Of a stretch of 64,000 nt of DNA, positions 11,071-23,301 are shown in pieces (positions within the stretch are counted from its first letter, which is position 1; the number at the start of each line of letters is the position of its first letter). The notes under the pieces were generated by a model that was not told where the DNA came from, made no database searches, and saw nothing but the letters and a program-made list of their open reading frames with translations. Source of the DNA: Podarcis cretensis (Eukaryota); the NCBI GenBank assembly GCA_951804945.1, contig OX638149.1, positions 94,736,001 through 94,800,000 on the forward strand. Reading direction: 5' to 3'. Made by a program: the position numbers and the translations under genes.

Positions 11071-11095
11071 TAGGGTAGGGTAGGGTAGGGTAGGG
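11071..11095 (+). repeat. (TAGGG)5 microsatellite
   Basis: tagggtagggtagggtagggtaggg. Confidence 0.95.
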
Positions 11096-12618
11096 CAGGA
11101 GTACTTTTAGTAAATAATGTTGCTTAATTCTTTTATGTTGTTTAAAATCTTTGTATCTGCATGTTTATTGCAACTGCAATTCACTTTGACACATTTTATG
11201 TAGTAAACAGCAAATTAATGTACTAGACAACAACAACAACAACACTACATAATGGGGGGAGGGGGGAATTTCTTCAAATGTCCCAGATTCAAAAAGATCT
11301 ACAGCATCTTTGGGTGCATTCCAGTCTAGAAAAAAAATATTACTGTGGAATTATTTTTTTGGAGAGAGAGAGAGGAAGAAAGAAAGAACAAGAGAATTTC
11401 ACTATAGCTGAAAGATGATCAGATAATATAGAGAAGCTTTGAAAGCACTCAGCTGTCACTACAGATGAAGCAGCACTTTATGATCCAATCAACTTAAGAG
11501 GCCGTTTACTCCCCTTCCCAGTGGAAAAATAAGGGGGGGGGGAGCTTGGAAAGAGCTTATCTATACAAGAGGTCTACATGGTTTTGCTTAAAATAACAAT
11601 AATTCCAATTGTGTAACAGTTTATGTTATTATCTGATTCTGTGGGGTAATGAAAAGGACTACAAATGAGGGCTTGAAGTTGTAAAATGAGTTGATAAAGA
11701 CAAGTATGCTAAATATATAATGCTCTCTTTGTAATCAAAGTCTAGGGGGTCTGAATGACTCTAACAACAACCCTCTGAAAGTGGGAAGCCAACCAGTATT
11801 TAGAAATAGAAGAGAAAGATAGCCAGGGTAGCTGAACACACAGAAACCAGTTTCAGAGTTGTGTAGTGAATGGAAGTATTGGAAATGGGCTGGTAATACC
11901 TGGACCCAAATTCTCATACAGCCAGAAGGCAGAACACCAGGCAGAATTACAACATGCAGAACACCATTCTCCTGTTGTACTTTTTTCCACAGCCACCTGT
12001 TAAACACGTGGGGTTAATGGTAGCATAATGGTTAAGAGTGTTAGAAAGGACTTGGGTTCATATCTCCACTCGTTATTGAAGCTAATCATTGTGAGGATAA
12101 AAATGGTGCGAAGCATGCATGCTGCCTGGGAAGTCCTTTGAGAACTGGCAGAATAGAAACCTCCCCCTCCTCCCTCTATACCTTCACCAAGGCTATCAAT
12201 TCTCAGGTCTGAGAAGCTAGTAAAGCTTCTAGAAAATAACATGCTTGTTTAGCTTTCCAGTTTATTTAGAGGTGGGGGAAAGAAAGAAACACACACATGG
12301 GGCCAAAATTTCAATTAAAATAAATATAATTTTCACTTGCTGTAATTAAGTGCATTCAGGATTTCCAAGATGAATAAATGAAGAGTAAACATGATGGATC
12401 TTTCAGCGGCTCATTTCCGCTAGATTAAAATACAAGGCTTTTCTAAAAAATCTAAATGCTGAACTGCAAGTGTGGACCTCGTTTTAAATGTCATTCAAGA
12501 AAGCAGGAGGAGGAGGAGGAGGGAGAAGAGGACTGATGGGGAGGAATTGGCTCAACTCTTGGAAAACTTTTAGCTGGCATGCCTGCATTCTTTCCCTTTT
12601 AGTCTATTTTAACCATAC

Positions 12619-12784
12619 CTTGAACCATGAGCTCTGCAGACACAGAAGCCTTCCCAGCACTATTCATCACAGTGCAAGTGTAAATTCCAGCATCGACCAG
12701 CTGAGCATTCTGGATCTCCAAAAACTGGATGCCTGCTTTCTCAAACATGTTGAAACGATCACTTTTCTGCACCTGAATTTCACC
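12619..12784 (-). CDS. MYLK: MYLK coding exon 5 (166 nt, end of Ig2)
   Basis: GEIQVQKSDRFNMFEKAGIQFLEIQNAQLVDAGIYTCTVMNSAGKASVSAELMVQ(G), with the DxGxYxC motif. atgcag| acceptor, G|gtatgg donor; phase 0 to 1. Confidence 0.96.
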
Positions 12785-13771
12785 CTGCATGCATCATGAA
12801 AAATACCAAAGGTGTACAGATACATTCATTAATGGTAGAGGGGGTGGGAATCAATGCCTGGCAGATTAACACCTCATCCTTTGCTGTTTTTCTGCTTTTA
12901 CAATTCAGCCCACTGCTCTCTGTGGCAATGTTTATATACTCCCAAGCGGCCAGACCTCAGGCATTCCGGATAATCTGATTTACACCATGGATAAGACACA
13001 CTCAGAATATGGACATTTTAAGGCTCAGTTGCCATAACCCAAAGCCAGAACTTTGTGAATTCTTCCGTCAAAAGACATATTTGCCACAGCCTGAAAACCT
13101 AGCCCTTGCAAAATAGTTTGCAAACTAAATTCAGTCTCAATTACAATGGTCTGGATTCAACTAATCAGGTATGCTAGCAGAAGCCAGTACAAGGACTCCC
13201 ACTAGCACAATGGGGCTCCCCCCCCCCCCCGTCCTCCCCCAAATCTTCTCTGGAAGGTGAGAAGAACTCACAGAACAACACACAAGGGGAGATGTGAAAT
13301 TGTTCCGTGTGGCAAGCAAAAATGCTTGCACTGACTGAAAAATTGCAATGTTGAATTCCATCATGTATTTTGCAGTATAGTTGCCATTTCTGAGTTCTCA
13401 GTATGTAAAGGTTTATAAATTTATGATTAATTAAAATGTTATTGCAATACTTTCCCCAAGATATCTCAACTTAATTTTGTGTACAAGGTTACAGAACATG
13501 CTTCCACTGCAAGTTTTCCATGTCTTTCAGTGTGCTTACTTGAATAATTTATCATGGGAGTGCTCTGACATGTATCCCCATAATTTATTCTCACAGGGGA
13601 ATAAGATTGAGGAAACTAAGTTTTCATGTTCAGGTTGAAAACTTAAAAAAATCTGGCCAAGCAAAACTGTGGCTAAAGATACTTCAAAGTACACAAGTTC
13701 AAATAAACAAGGCTTTGGGTTTCATTCCCTTTAGGAGAGGTGAATTTGGAAATCCTCTCAAATAATTGTAC

Positions 13772-13937
13772 CTTAAACCAAGTGACTTGAGGCTGAGGTC
13801 GTCCTGTTATCTTACAGGAGAATTTACCAGTCTGTCCCTCTCGCACTATGACCCGATTGGGTTTTGTAGCAAACTTGGGTGGGCATTCGCCCCAGATGCT
13901 TGGTCGTTGCTCTACCGATGGAACAGTAACTCTACCA
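13772..13937 (-). CDS. MYLK: MYLK coding exon 4 (166 nt, start of Ig2)
   Basis: GRVTVPSVEQRPSIWGECPPKFATKPNRVIVREGQTGKFSCKITGRPQPQVTWFK. tttcctttccag| acceptor, AAG|gtacaa donor; phase 2 to 0. Confidence 0.96.
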
Positions 13938-14074
13938 CTGGAAAGGAAACAATATTATCAGAGCTCAGTAATTAATATAGCTATATTTAAAGAGATTGTT
14001 ACTTCTTAAATTGTGCTACTTAAATGTGTTTTATGAACAGTGTTCAGGTGATTAAAACAATGAAAGCAGTAGAC

Positions 14075-14208
14075 TGGGGTAGGGAACCTGTGGCCCCCAA
14101 TGTTGTTAAACTACAATTTCCGTCATTTCTAAGCATTGGCCATGATGGCTGAGGATGGTGGGAGTTGAGTTCAGCAATAGCTGCAGGGGTACTTGTTCCC
14201 CACCCCTG
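14075..14208. mobile_element. hAT MITE (older relative of 6382-6517)
   Basis: ggggtagggaacc...gttccccacccctg ends; TSD cagtagac / cggtagac. Confidence 0.75.
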
Positions 14209-16801
14209 CGGTAGACAATATGGTGTCCTTTTTGAGAACCTATTTGCACTTTTTTAAAAAAACACTAAGGTACAGTTACATAATGCATGTACCTCTCATC
14301 AAGTTTGAAGAGGGCATATGTCATATGAAAATACTAGGAAGCAGAGGCTTGACCTTTGCCAGCCACCCCTTCTGAGTACTTGAAAGGAACATGTACCACA
14401 TTTTGTATATTAATTCCCTTCAGACCAGACACAATCAGAAATTGCATTTTGCACTTTATCCATACCTACGTACAAAATATAAAATAAACAACTGGATATA
14501 TGGAAAAGTATGGAACAATGCTGATTGATAGATCACGAGTGCCCTTAAAAAAAAGGAATGCAGGGTAGCTGCTTACATAATGATCATTGCCATAGGTTCC
14601 TCCCAAAATGGAACACCATTTTGCCAGATGCCTTCCTTTAATATGCACACAACACATACAAGCATGCTCTTTGACAGCTCTGGTTGTTCATAAGTAACAA
14701 TGAACAGTCTAATTGCCACATACAATAGAAGTTCTCTTACTGGACAGATGTCCATGAATATTCCACTACATAGCAGAATCACCACTATCCAAAATCTGAT
14801 AAAACTGTTTATCTTCTTTAACAATCCTCCAGCAGAACTGGGTGATCTTCTCAACATTCTCCTTCAGTTATCTAAGAAACTACCCAACTTTGTTTAGAAT
14901 AAAATAGGAACTAAAGGAACTAATACAGACCCCCTAAATCTCTAATAAATAGGACCCTAACTTAACTGGACTTATGTAACAATTTGGATGCCTCTGGCCA
15001 ATTCATCCATAAGCAGGTAGTCATACTCTTTACAAAGGGGCCCAAGTCAGACATGGTTTTGCAGAAAATCCAATCATTGTTTTGCAGAGCATATAAACAA
15101 GTGCATTTAGAACAGAGATGGGCCAGTCCTTCAGCATCAAGAACCACAATGGAAGTTCTATGCGGCAGCAAAGCTTGCATGCATACTTTCTGTAAAAATT
15201 TAACACAAGCACCTACAAAGGAGTTCAATGGCAAGTTATGGTGCAGGCATACATGGAATTTATTCTGTAGCAATGGCAGGTGCCATGCCTCTTTCACACT
15301 TTGGCTTGGCTGGATTTTGGAATCAATTTGAAATCCTGGCACATCAGAAATGTGGGATATGTCCCCCTTTTGCCTACAGAGTGACCCAGTCAACTGGTGC
15401 AGCCAAGTGATCTACTAGTAATCCCTCCAAATCTTAAAAGCCAAGAGACACCCTCTTTTTTTAAAAAAAATTACAAGGTGAAGAATCGTGTGATTTGAGG
15501 ACACTTAGTTGATGACTGAGATTTGTTTTGCACCATAATCTTTTAAATTCCACCCCAGCCCCCCAAGATTTAAGAATGAAAATTCATAGAACCTGCAATT
15601 CTGAAAATTCAGCCATAAACATGTTTACAAAAGCAACTCTAAATCAAAAGCTGGAAGTGGCCTTCCAGCCGCCTGCTGCTACATTTAAGGTGCAGAGTTA
15701 AATGACCAGCATTAAAACATCTTTATAGTGTTGGCCCATCTCTGCTCATACTCAAGGAACAAGCTACTTCAGTGATGAAATCATCAATACCATGTCAAAT
15801 GAGCTGGCTGCTCTCATTCATAGCCTTGAAATATGAGCCAATACTATAGCATGACCCAAACCCATGCACATTACTATGGACAAGGCCTATTTCAACAGCA
15901 AATACACAACCACACATTAGCAGGAGATAATCAAGGGTGATGAAGTTGAAGCTGTGGTTTTCAGGCAAGCAAATGAAACAAACATTCTTGGGCCATGTGC
16001 ATTTCACACAACAGCTTACCCATAAGCCAACAAGTTGTGCCCATCTCTTTCTGCTTCCACAACGTATCAGAACACTAAGAAAAACCACATATGGCCTCAG
16101 CCCAAGGAGCAGTCACATCAATGTAAAGACGACAATTTGGGGGCAACTTGTTAATTCTGAATAAAATAAGGTCATGGTGAAGATTTTTGTAGGCAACTAG
16201 AAATACAGATGGTCTCAGAAATCGCATGAGTTGAAAAACAATTGCTATGAGCCTCACTTGCCTTGCCTTCACTTTTAACTTGAAAAAAGAAAAGAATAGT
16301 GGGCTCAGGAGCACAGCATATGGGAAAAGTGGGAAAAATCACCCCTGAAACTGCTATTAGCCACTGGAGGAAAATATTCGCTGGCACACACACACACACA
16401 AGTTCCTCTCATGCCCACAGCAGTTTGCGGAGAGACATGATGCTATTGCCTGCCCCCCCCCCAACCACACACTACTATTTACAATTTTAAAAGGTACATG
16501 ACATGCATTCATACATTTCAGCTGGTATCTAGTTGGCCTTAAAGGTAGACAGGTGGAAAGAGAGAACAAAAGGGACAATCAGTTAGCTGAGAAGCCTCAA
16601 GGGGCTGGTAAATGTACTGCAATTTTCTGTAAGTCTGTCCTAGTTGCAAGGAATGTTTTGAGCAAAATTGATATTGCTAATAGCAAGGGTCAATGTTGCT
16701 CAAGAAAGCGTGGAGGGGTAAGTATTTCAAAATGTGTGCATATTCCAAAAGCTATCAGTATTCTTCCGCTCTAGAAATGTGAAAACCACTGGAATTCTTA
16801 C

Positions 16802-16850
16802 CCAGAACTTTTGGCACCAGAAGGCAGACTGTACTTCTTCAAAACAGATC
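16802..16850 (-). CDS. MYLK: MYLK coding exon 3 (49 nt linker)
   Basis: (G)SVLKKYSLPSGAKSS(G), close to chicken GNSLKKYSLPSSAKTPG as recalled. Strong acceptor ttctgcttccag|, donor GG|gtaaga; phase 1 to 2. Not in the ORF track. Confidence 0.93.
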
Positions 16851-16993
16851 CTGGAAGCAGAAAATAGAAGGAAAGAAATACAATAAAAATACTAATCAGG
16901 GCTGCAATTTCTTTCAGATTTAGGGACGCTGGCTACAGAAAATTAAAAATTAAAAAGCCATCCTTCCATCAATTTCTAGTAAAATATATGATA

Positions 16994-17357
16994 AAAGGTA
17001 AAGGTAAAGGTACCCCTGCCCATACGGGCCAGTCTTGACAGACTCTGGGGTTGTGCGCCCATCTCACTTAAGAGGCCAGGGGCCAGCGCTGTCCGGAGAC
17101 ACTTCCGGGTCACGTGGCCAGCGTGACATCGCTGCTCTGGCGAGCCAGAGCCGCACACGGAAACGCCGTTTACCTTCCCGCTGGTAAGCGGTCCCTATTT
17201 ATCTACTTGCACCCGGAGGTGCTTTCGAACTGCTAGGTTGGCAGGTGCTGGGACCGAGCAGCGGGAGCGCACCCCGCCGCAGGGATTCGAACCGCCGACC
17301 TTTCGATCGGCAAGCCCTAGGCGCTGAGGCTTTAACCCACAGCGCCACCTGCGTCCC
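16994..17357 (-). mobile_element. Full-length young Sauria SINE (copy A)
   Basis: 5' GGGACGCAGGTGGCGCTGTGGGTT, B box GGTTCGAATCC, (ACCTTT)n tail; 13-bp TSD AAAATATATGATA at 16981-16993 and 17360-17372. Confidence 0.95.
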
Positions 17358-18989
17358 ACAAAATATATGATACAAGGTGGCAAAAAATAAATATATGTTT
17401 TCCCTCTGCAGCAAATGGGGGAAGCATTTAAGTTCCATGTCTTGTGTGTATGTGTGTTTTGCTGTTTATATATTTGCTGTTTATATATATTATATGTTTA
17501 TACTCTAGAAGTGGAGAAGCCACAACGCCTTGGATCCCAGTAGTAACGGACGAGCCATTTGGTGTGGTGTGCTTTTCAACCAACGAAACAGGAGTCCAAA
17601 ACTGAGTCCCATATACAAAACAAAAAGCTGTCTTACTCTTCACTATAATTTCTCCACATATACGAAAGGATAACTTTACCAAGCTGTGAAATGTTCTTTG
17701 CCATTTTTAAAATTACTAATTACTTTTCAATAGTGCATTTATATTTACTTCCAAAAGTAGTCCAGTTTGACTTAACTTCACCTATCTAAATTTGTTACCT
17801 TTTATTTCTCTCCATAAAGACAAGAAAACTGTTTTATACAAGAGTCAAGATATGAGGAATGTATTATTAACTGTATGTTTAGCACCATCTACTGGACATG
17901 GGCAGGATTATGCCAAGCCAACATAACTAAATGGTGAATACGCCCCCCCCCCCTTTTTTTGGCAGAACAGTACTGTAGTATGAACTGACCTAGGAAGCCT
18001 GAGCACAAGAAGCTTCCATAAATAATAATATCTTCTTATTCAAGCACAAAATAAATAAAAAAGCACAGTGGTAAAGAATGAGCTGTGAATGCCTCCAGCT
18101 CAAATCTCACCTGCACTAGGTGATCTCACCAGGAAGCCATAGGCAAGCCACTACAACCTTACCCAGGCCTCCTTCTCACCTGATGTGGGGCAGAGCAGAG
18201 ATGTACCAGTTAGTTCTACATTCTCTATAGTATCTCAGGGGTTCTAAATTACATGGAGAGCCTCCATGAATAAAGCATTCGCCCTCCAATGTGCAAAGGG
18301 CTTGCAAGCTTATCACAGGCATGCAGTGGAGGAGCCAATGATAGCCAGCACATGCCCTCAAGGAGACCTGAAAATATCATGATAATATCATGATAGTAGC
18401 ACTGACCTACCTGATAGGGTTACTGTTAAGAATTACTGAGATAATCAGCATGAATCACTTTGAACACTCTAAGGTGCTGCATCTGGATGGTTTATTATTA
18501 CACAAATAAGCCACACACAAAACACGTACAGAAACCTCAGTATTAGTATTATAAATATTTGCAAAGAAAAGCAAAACAGATACTGCTGAAACAGGCCAGA
18601 CTGGAGGAGGAAGAGGATCAGGCCAATCATCCAGTCCTGCTACTCAACAGAAGGCCACACCATCAGGAACTGGGGTCATCTGCACTCACAGCAGCTAAGC
18701 ATAGCCTTAAAGTGGATCCCCAGCATTCCACAAGCTCTGTCCTTAGTGGCAGCCATTGCAGAGAGCTGATACTATCAATGTGGAAATGACTTTAGCATTG
18801 GTGCCTATGCTCTCATTCTTCTTGGGGGGTGAAGACACAGGAATAGCCAGCATTTCATTTTCTGCCTTATTGAAAGCCTTATCATTTTTATAAGCTTTTC
18901 CTGCTTATTTTCAATCTACTTCTCCCTTCATTTGCTACCAGGGTAAAGCATGCCATACATAACGTGCAACAGAGTGGAAAGACCCTTAC

Positions 18990-19197
18990 CTTCCACTGTT
19001 AATTCTACTGTCACCTGACGAACGCCACCAGCATTCCGGGCCTCGCAGGTGTATGGCCCACCATCTTCCTCCTGCACCCCTTTTATAATTAAGCTGAAAA
19101 GCCCTCGAATGCTACGGTCCACTACACAGCGCTCTCCCTCTGTCAGAAGTTGCCCATTCTTGTACCATGTGACTTGGGGTTCTGGGATGCCTCTGAC
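18990..19197 (-). CDS. MYLK: MYLK coding exon 2 (208 nt, Ig1 domain)
   Basis: VRGIPEPQVTWYKNGQLLTEGERCVVDRSIRGLFSLIIKGVQEEDGGPYTCEARNAGGVRQVTVELTVE(G). I-set Ig motifs; ttctag| acceptor, G|gtaagg donor; phase 0 to 1. Confidence 0.97.
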
Positions 19198-19869
19198 CTA
19201 GAAAGATTGGGTGCAAAAAGATTGGGGGTGGTGTGCGGAGAGTGAGAAAGTGGGGAGGAGAGAGAAACAAACACAGAAGGTGACTTTATCTGGAAGAAAT
19301 GCAGAACACTTCATAAGCCAGTGGAAAGTATTTTCTAAAACCATATCTGTTAAACACATACAAACTGTTTTGAGCCAAATGGCAAAAACCTGAAGAAAAA
19401 GAAAAGAAACTATTGGGTGCATCAAGCTGTTAAAACTAGCAATGCTGCTCCAGCAGGCAGCTACCCAGACAAAGGTTTTTTCTGTCTTTTGAAATTTTAA
19501 AGCCAGAAATGAGAAATTCTGAGAAGCAGAATCATGAGCCAAAATTATTAGAGCATATTCTACTGTCAAACGGCTGTCTAGACTAACAGATTTATTGTAG
19601 CATGACATTTGCAGGCCTCATTATCAGATGCATTCACTAGGAGAGGCATTTAGAAGAAGCAATGTTCATCAGCCTCTTTAGAAAGGGTCAAACACCCCCC
19701 ATGGCAAAATAGACCTGGTTGTGGTTTTTTTAGTGTTAAGTGTGCATGCGTAACACTGCGTGTGCAAAATTTGGTTAACATTTTATCACACATAAAAGGT
19801 GAACTTTCCCCAAAATGAATTTCATGAATATCCAAAAGTAGCTATTTCTCCCAATTTTGAGGGGCAAAC

Positions 19870-20235
19870 ACCTGAAGAAGCACCTATTTCCATACCAACC
19901 TGTCCATGAATTAAGATCTTCTGCTGAGGGTCTTCTCTAGGTGTCACCTTTATCTAAGCTACATCAGTCAGTCACAAAGGAGAAGACATTTTCAGCGCTT
20001 GCACTCTAGTTACAGAATGCCCTCCTTAAAGAGAGTGCCTGATTTACATTTTGTTTTGCATGAAGCAAAAAATATGCTGATTCATTCAGACATTTAAAAA
20101 TTGTTGTTATTTCTATTTCTGCTTTGAATGAGCTTTATTTTCTGTTTTATTTCAGTCCATATTATGATATACATTTTGAGTGTTACACTTCCTTAAAATC
20201 CAAATAGGATACAAGACAGTACATAAGTATTTTAT
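19870..20235 (+). mobile_element. Old L2 3' fragment
   Basis: Decayed LRSSAEGLL...TFSALAL*LQNALL motifs and an AT-rich tail. Confidence 0.55.
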
Positions 20236-21454
20236 ACAAAATAATAAATCCAACATTTACATTCCGAATGTCAACATTCCGAATTTCAAATATTCACTGG
20301 ACCATATATTTCTTTCCAACAGAATAAATCAAGAGGAGTGCCTAACATTCTTAACAAGAGCTGAAAACTGTAAATTTAGTTAAGCAATCAGTAAGGCCGG
20401 AAGTTAATGGAACATCTGATTTTTAATGCACTTTTTCTCCTGCATGTTGCTATTCAATTTCTGCAGATACCCCTTAATAATGTGAAGTTGTGGAACTGTC
20501 ACCATCAAGACCATGCAAAGTTACCTACTGACCAGTGCCAATGGGTCATCATGGCATTTTATGAAGCAATTCTTCAACCAGTGGATTTAGCCTGGGAAAT
20601 GATACAAGCTTATCACATGTAGTCCAGGAAATGATATAAACTTTTCACATATAGTCCATCGCACTGAATGCATTTACACAGTTATTTTGAGCTACGACAT
20701 AAACAGGATAAAAAAAATTATCCACCAGGTGGTGTCCTTTGCAGTTACAAAGTTCTCACAAAGTAACAAAGACCAACACCAATTAACAATATGTTGTTCC
20801 CCACAATAAACAAATACAGTGTGTGTGTTTTAATTTCATTTATTGTAAAGAAAACTGAAAAGCACACACAAAATCAACTGGAAGGAGGAGTCAAAAAAAG
20901 GGTTCCAGGGCTGTCCATGGTAGAAAACAGCTAACATGGGAATGCATCTGTAAATGGGGATGCAATGCATTTGCAGCATGAGCAGTGATCCTCATGGAGA
21001 AGTTTCCACAGAATGTGAAACTCCAAGGACAAGCATAACAATACAATGTCCAGCTGCAGTCTTAGTTATTTTCCTTCTGCAGCTAGGGGAACATACTACA
21101 CTATAACAATAATCTTTGTGAAGACTGGCAAACATTCCTCACAGCATAGGAAGGGTGGACCTGACCTACAAAGATCTGGTAATCCACTAGAAGGTAACAA
21201 CCCAGAATTTAGGAATCACTGTCCTCTCCTCTGCTAATTTACTAATGAGAAACTTAGCTTTCTGATGTTCACACAAGCAATCATGCAGTTTATCATCATC
21301 TGGTGTAAAATAAAAGAAAACTAAAGATTTTCTTAAGTGGCAGTTAACAGCAGACTGAATGAACTAAGGCATAACTCAGGTTTCTCTGGCACTGCCATTG
21401 GTATTAATCTAATAATGTCACAATAAAGCAGATCCAAGCATATTCTCTAGATTA

Positions 21455-21825
21455 AAGGTAAAGGTAAAGGTAAAGGTACCCCTGCCCGTACGGGCCAGTC
21501 TTGACAGACTCTGGGGTTGTGCGCCCATCTCACTTAAGAGGCCAGGGGCCAGCGCTGTCCGGAGACACTTCCGGGTCACGTGGCCAGCGTGACATCGCTG
21601 CTCTGGCCAGAGCCAGAGCCGCACACGGAAACGCCGTTTACCTTCCCACTGGTAAGCGGTCCCTATTTATCTACTTGCACCCGGAGGTGCTTTCGAACTG
21701 CTAGGTTGGCAGGCGCTGGGACCGAGCAGCGGGAGCGCACCCCGCCGCAGGGATTCGAACCGCCGACCTTTCGATCGGCAAGTCCTAGGCGCTGAGGCTT
21801 TAACCCACAGCGCCACCTGCGTCCC
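21455..21825 (-). mobile_element. Full-length young Sauria SINE (copy B)
   Basis: Differs from copy A by about 4 substitutions, a 2-nt indel and tail length; TSD attctctagatta / attctctaaatta. Confidence 0.95.
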
Positions 21826-23059
21826 ATTCTCTAAATTACAGTGTGTCAAAAGCAGTGAGGGGTTTGGATAAAAGCAGGCACCAATGTCAGAAGTGCTTGC
21901 AGGAGAAGGAATTGATTTAACAAAACAAATAGATGGTAGATTCCTCCCTGGAAAATATTATAATCTCTTCCTATCATCCAGTCCAATTTCAAATAACACA
22001 GGCCACAAAGTATTGTGACTTTCTCCTTCTGGATGCTATTCCAAATTATTAGTTTTCCCTCATGATAGAACGTATCACTCTAATTTCCCTTAGCTCCAAT
22101 TGGACCATACTATGTCATTCCTATCCAATTCTTCACTTACGGTTAGTTTCATAGGCTTCTTTGACCATCTTTTGGCTCTCCCTCATACATAAGCTACATT
22201 TCAATTTTTTCCATGTGTTTTTATTTTGCAAACATCAAGCCTCCAATTTGAGGAAGAACAGCAGGAGGGGCACATGCATCCAAAAGGATGAGAGAGTTCT
22301 TCCTAAGAAAATCAGAGAGAGAGGCTGATTGATGCACAAAGGGCTTAATTTTTGTGAGCTTCGTTAGCCCACACTGCCTTGCAGCTTCATCAGTTGGTAT
22401 AGTACTTGGGGGGGAAAGGAGAATAAGGAGAAGCAGCAAGTGGCGAATTATTCTGTTTGTGAGGATTTACATTTCAAGCTAGAGTTTGAAACACATTTCA
22501 TATGGAACTAACCCCTGCACTGAAAAGATGTATTCCTGCCATAAAAATGTCTGGCGATTCTAAAACAAGCTGCCAGTTACCTCAGTTTGATGTCGATGGT
22601 GGACCAATTCCAGAACTGCAGCAGGTTTTTCTATAAATAAAAAATTAATTTTTCTGGTAACTCTTTCAGGCTCTGCAGAAACATCTGCATTTAATAATAC
22701 ATCCACAATGGGTGAGGACTTATCCACTTACCTAATGCTCTGCAGCTTAAGGCTATAGCCCTTATTTATAGCCCTGTCTACTCCTTACATGGGCCTACAG
22801 AGTAAACGGGTGGAGGATTGCTTTCACCCAAAAGAAAGGAACAAAGATTGAAATGCAGCTTACTTCCAAGTAAAGACCAATTCACATTGCATGCTGATTG
22901 TCTAACCTGTCTCCACTAATAAGTGGGGTAAAGACGTGTGTAAACACATAATGCATATGTGACAGGGACTGAGTTATAGCCAACTGCAGCGTCCCAATTG
23001 TATGGACTCTTGCGTTTTAACTGTTGTAGCCTGCTCTGGGACCTTAATAAATTGTAGTA

Positions 23060-23301
23060 CAGTGGTACCTCGGGTTACATGTGCTTCAGGTTACATATGT
23101 TTCAGGTTACAAACTCCACTAACCCAGAAATAGAGCCTCAGGTTAAGAACTTTGTTTCAGGGTGAGAACAGAAATCGTGCTTCAGCGGCGCAGCGGCAGC
23201 AGGAGGCCCCATTAGCTAAAGTGGTGCTTCAGGTTAAGATCAGTTTCAGGTTAAGAACGGACCTCCAGAACAAATTAAGTACTTAACCTGAGGTACCACT
23301 G
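23060..23301. mobile_element. Tc1/mariner (pogo/Tigger-like) MITE
   Basis: TIR CAGTGGTACCTC(G/A)GGTTA at both ends, TA TSD on both sides, and repeated internal caggtta motifs. Confidence 0.9.

Noticed and set aside
16976-17012. SINE (ACCTTT)n tail as a cryptic acceptor upstream of the 49-nt exon
   Set aside because: It would add 125 nt out of frame, and the true acceptor has a much stronger pyrimidine tract.
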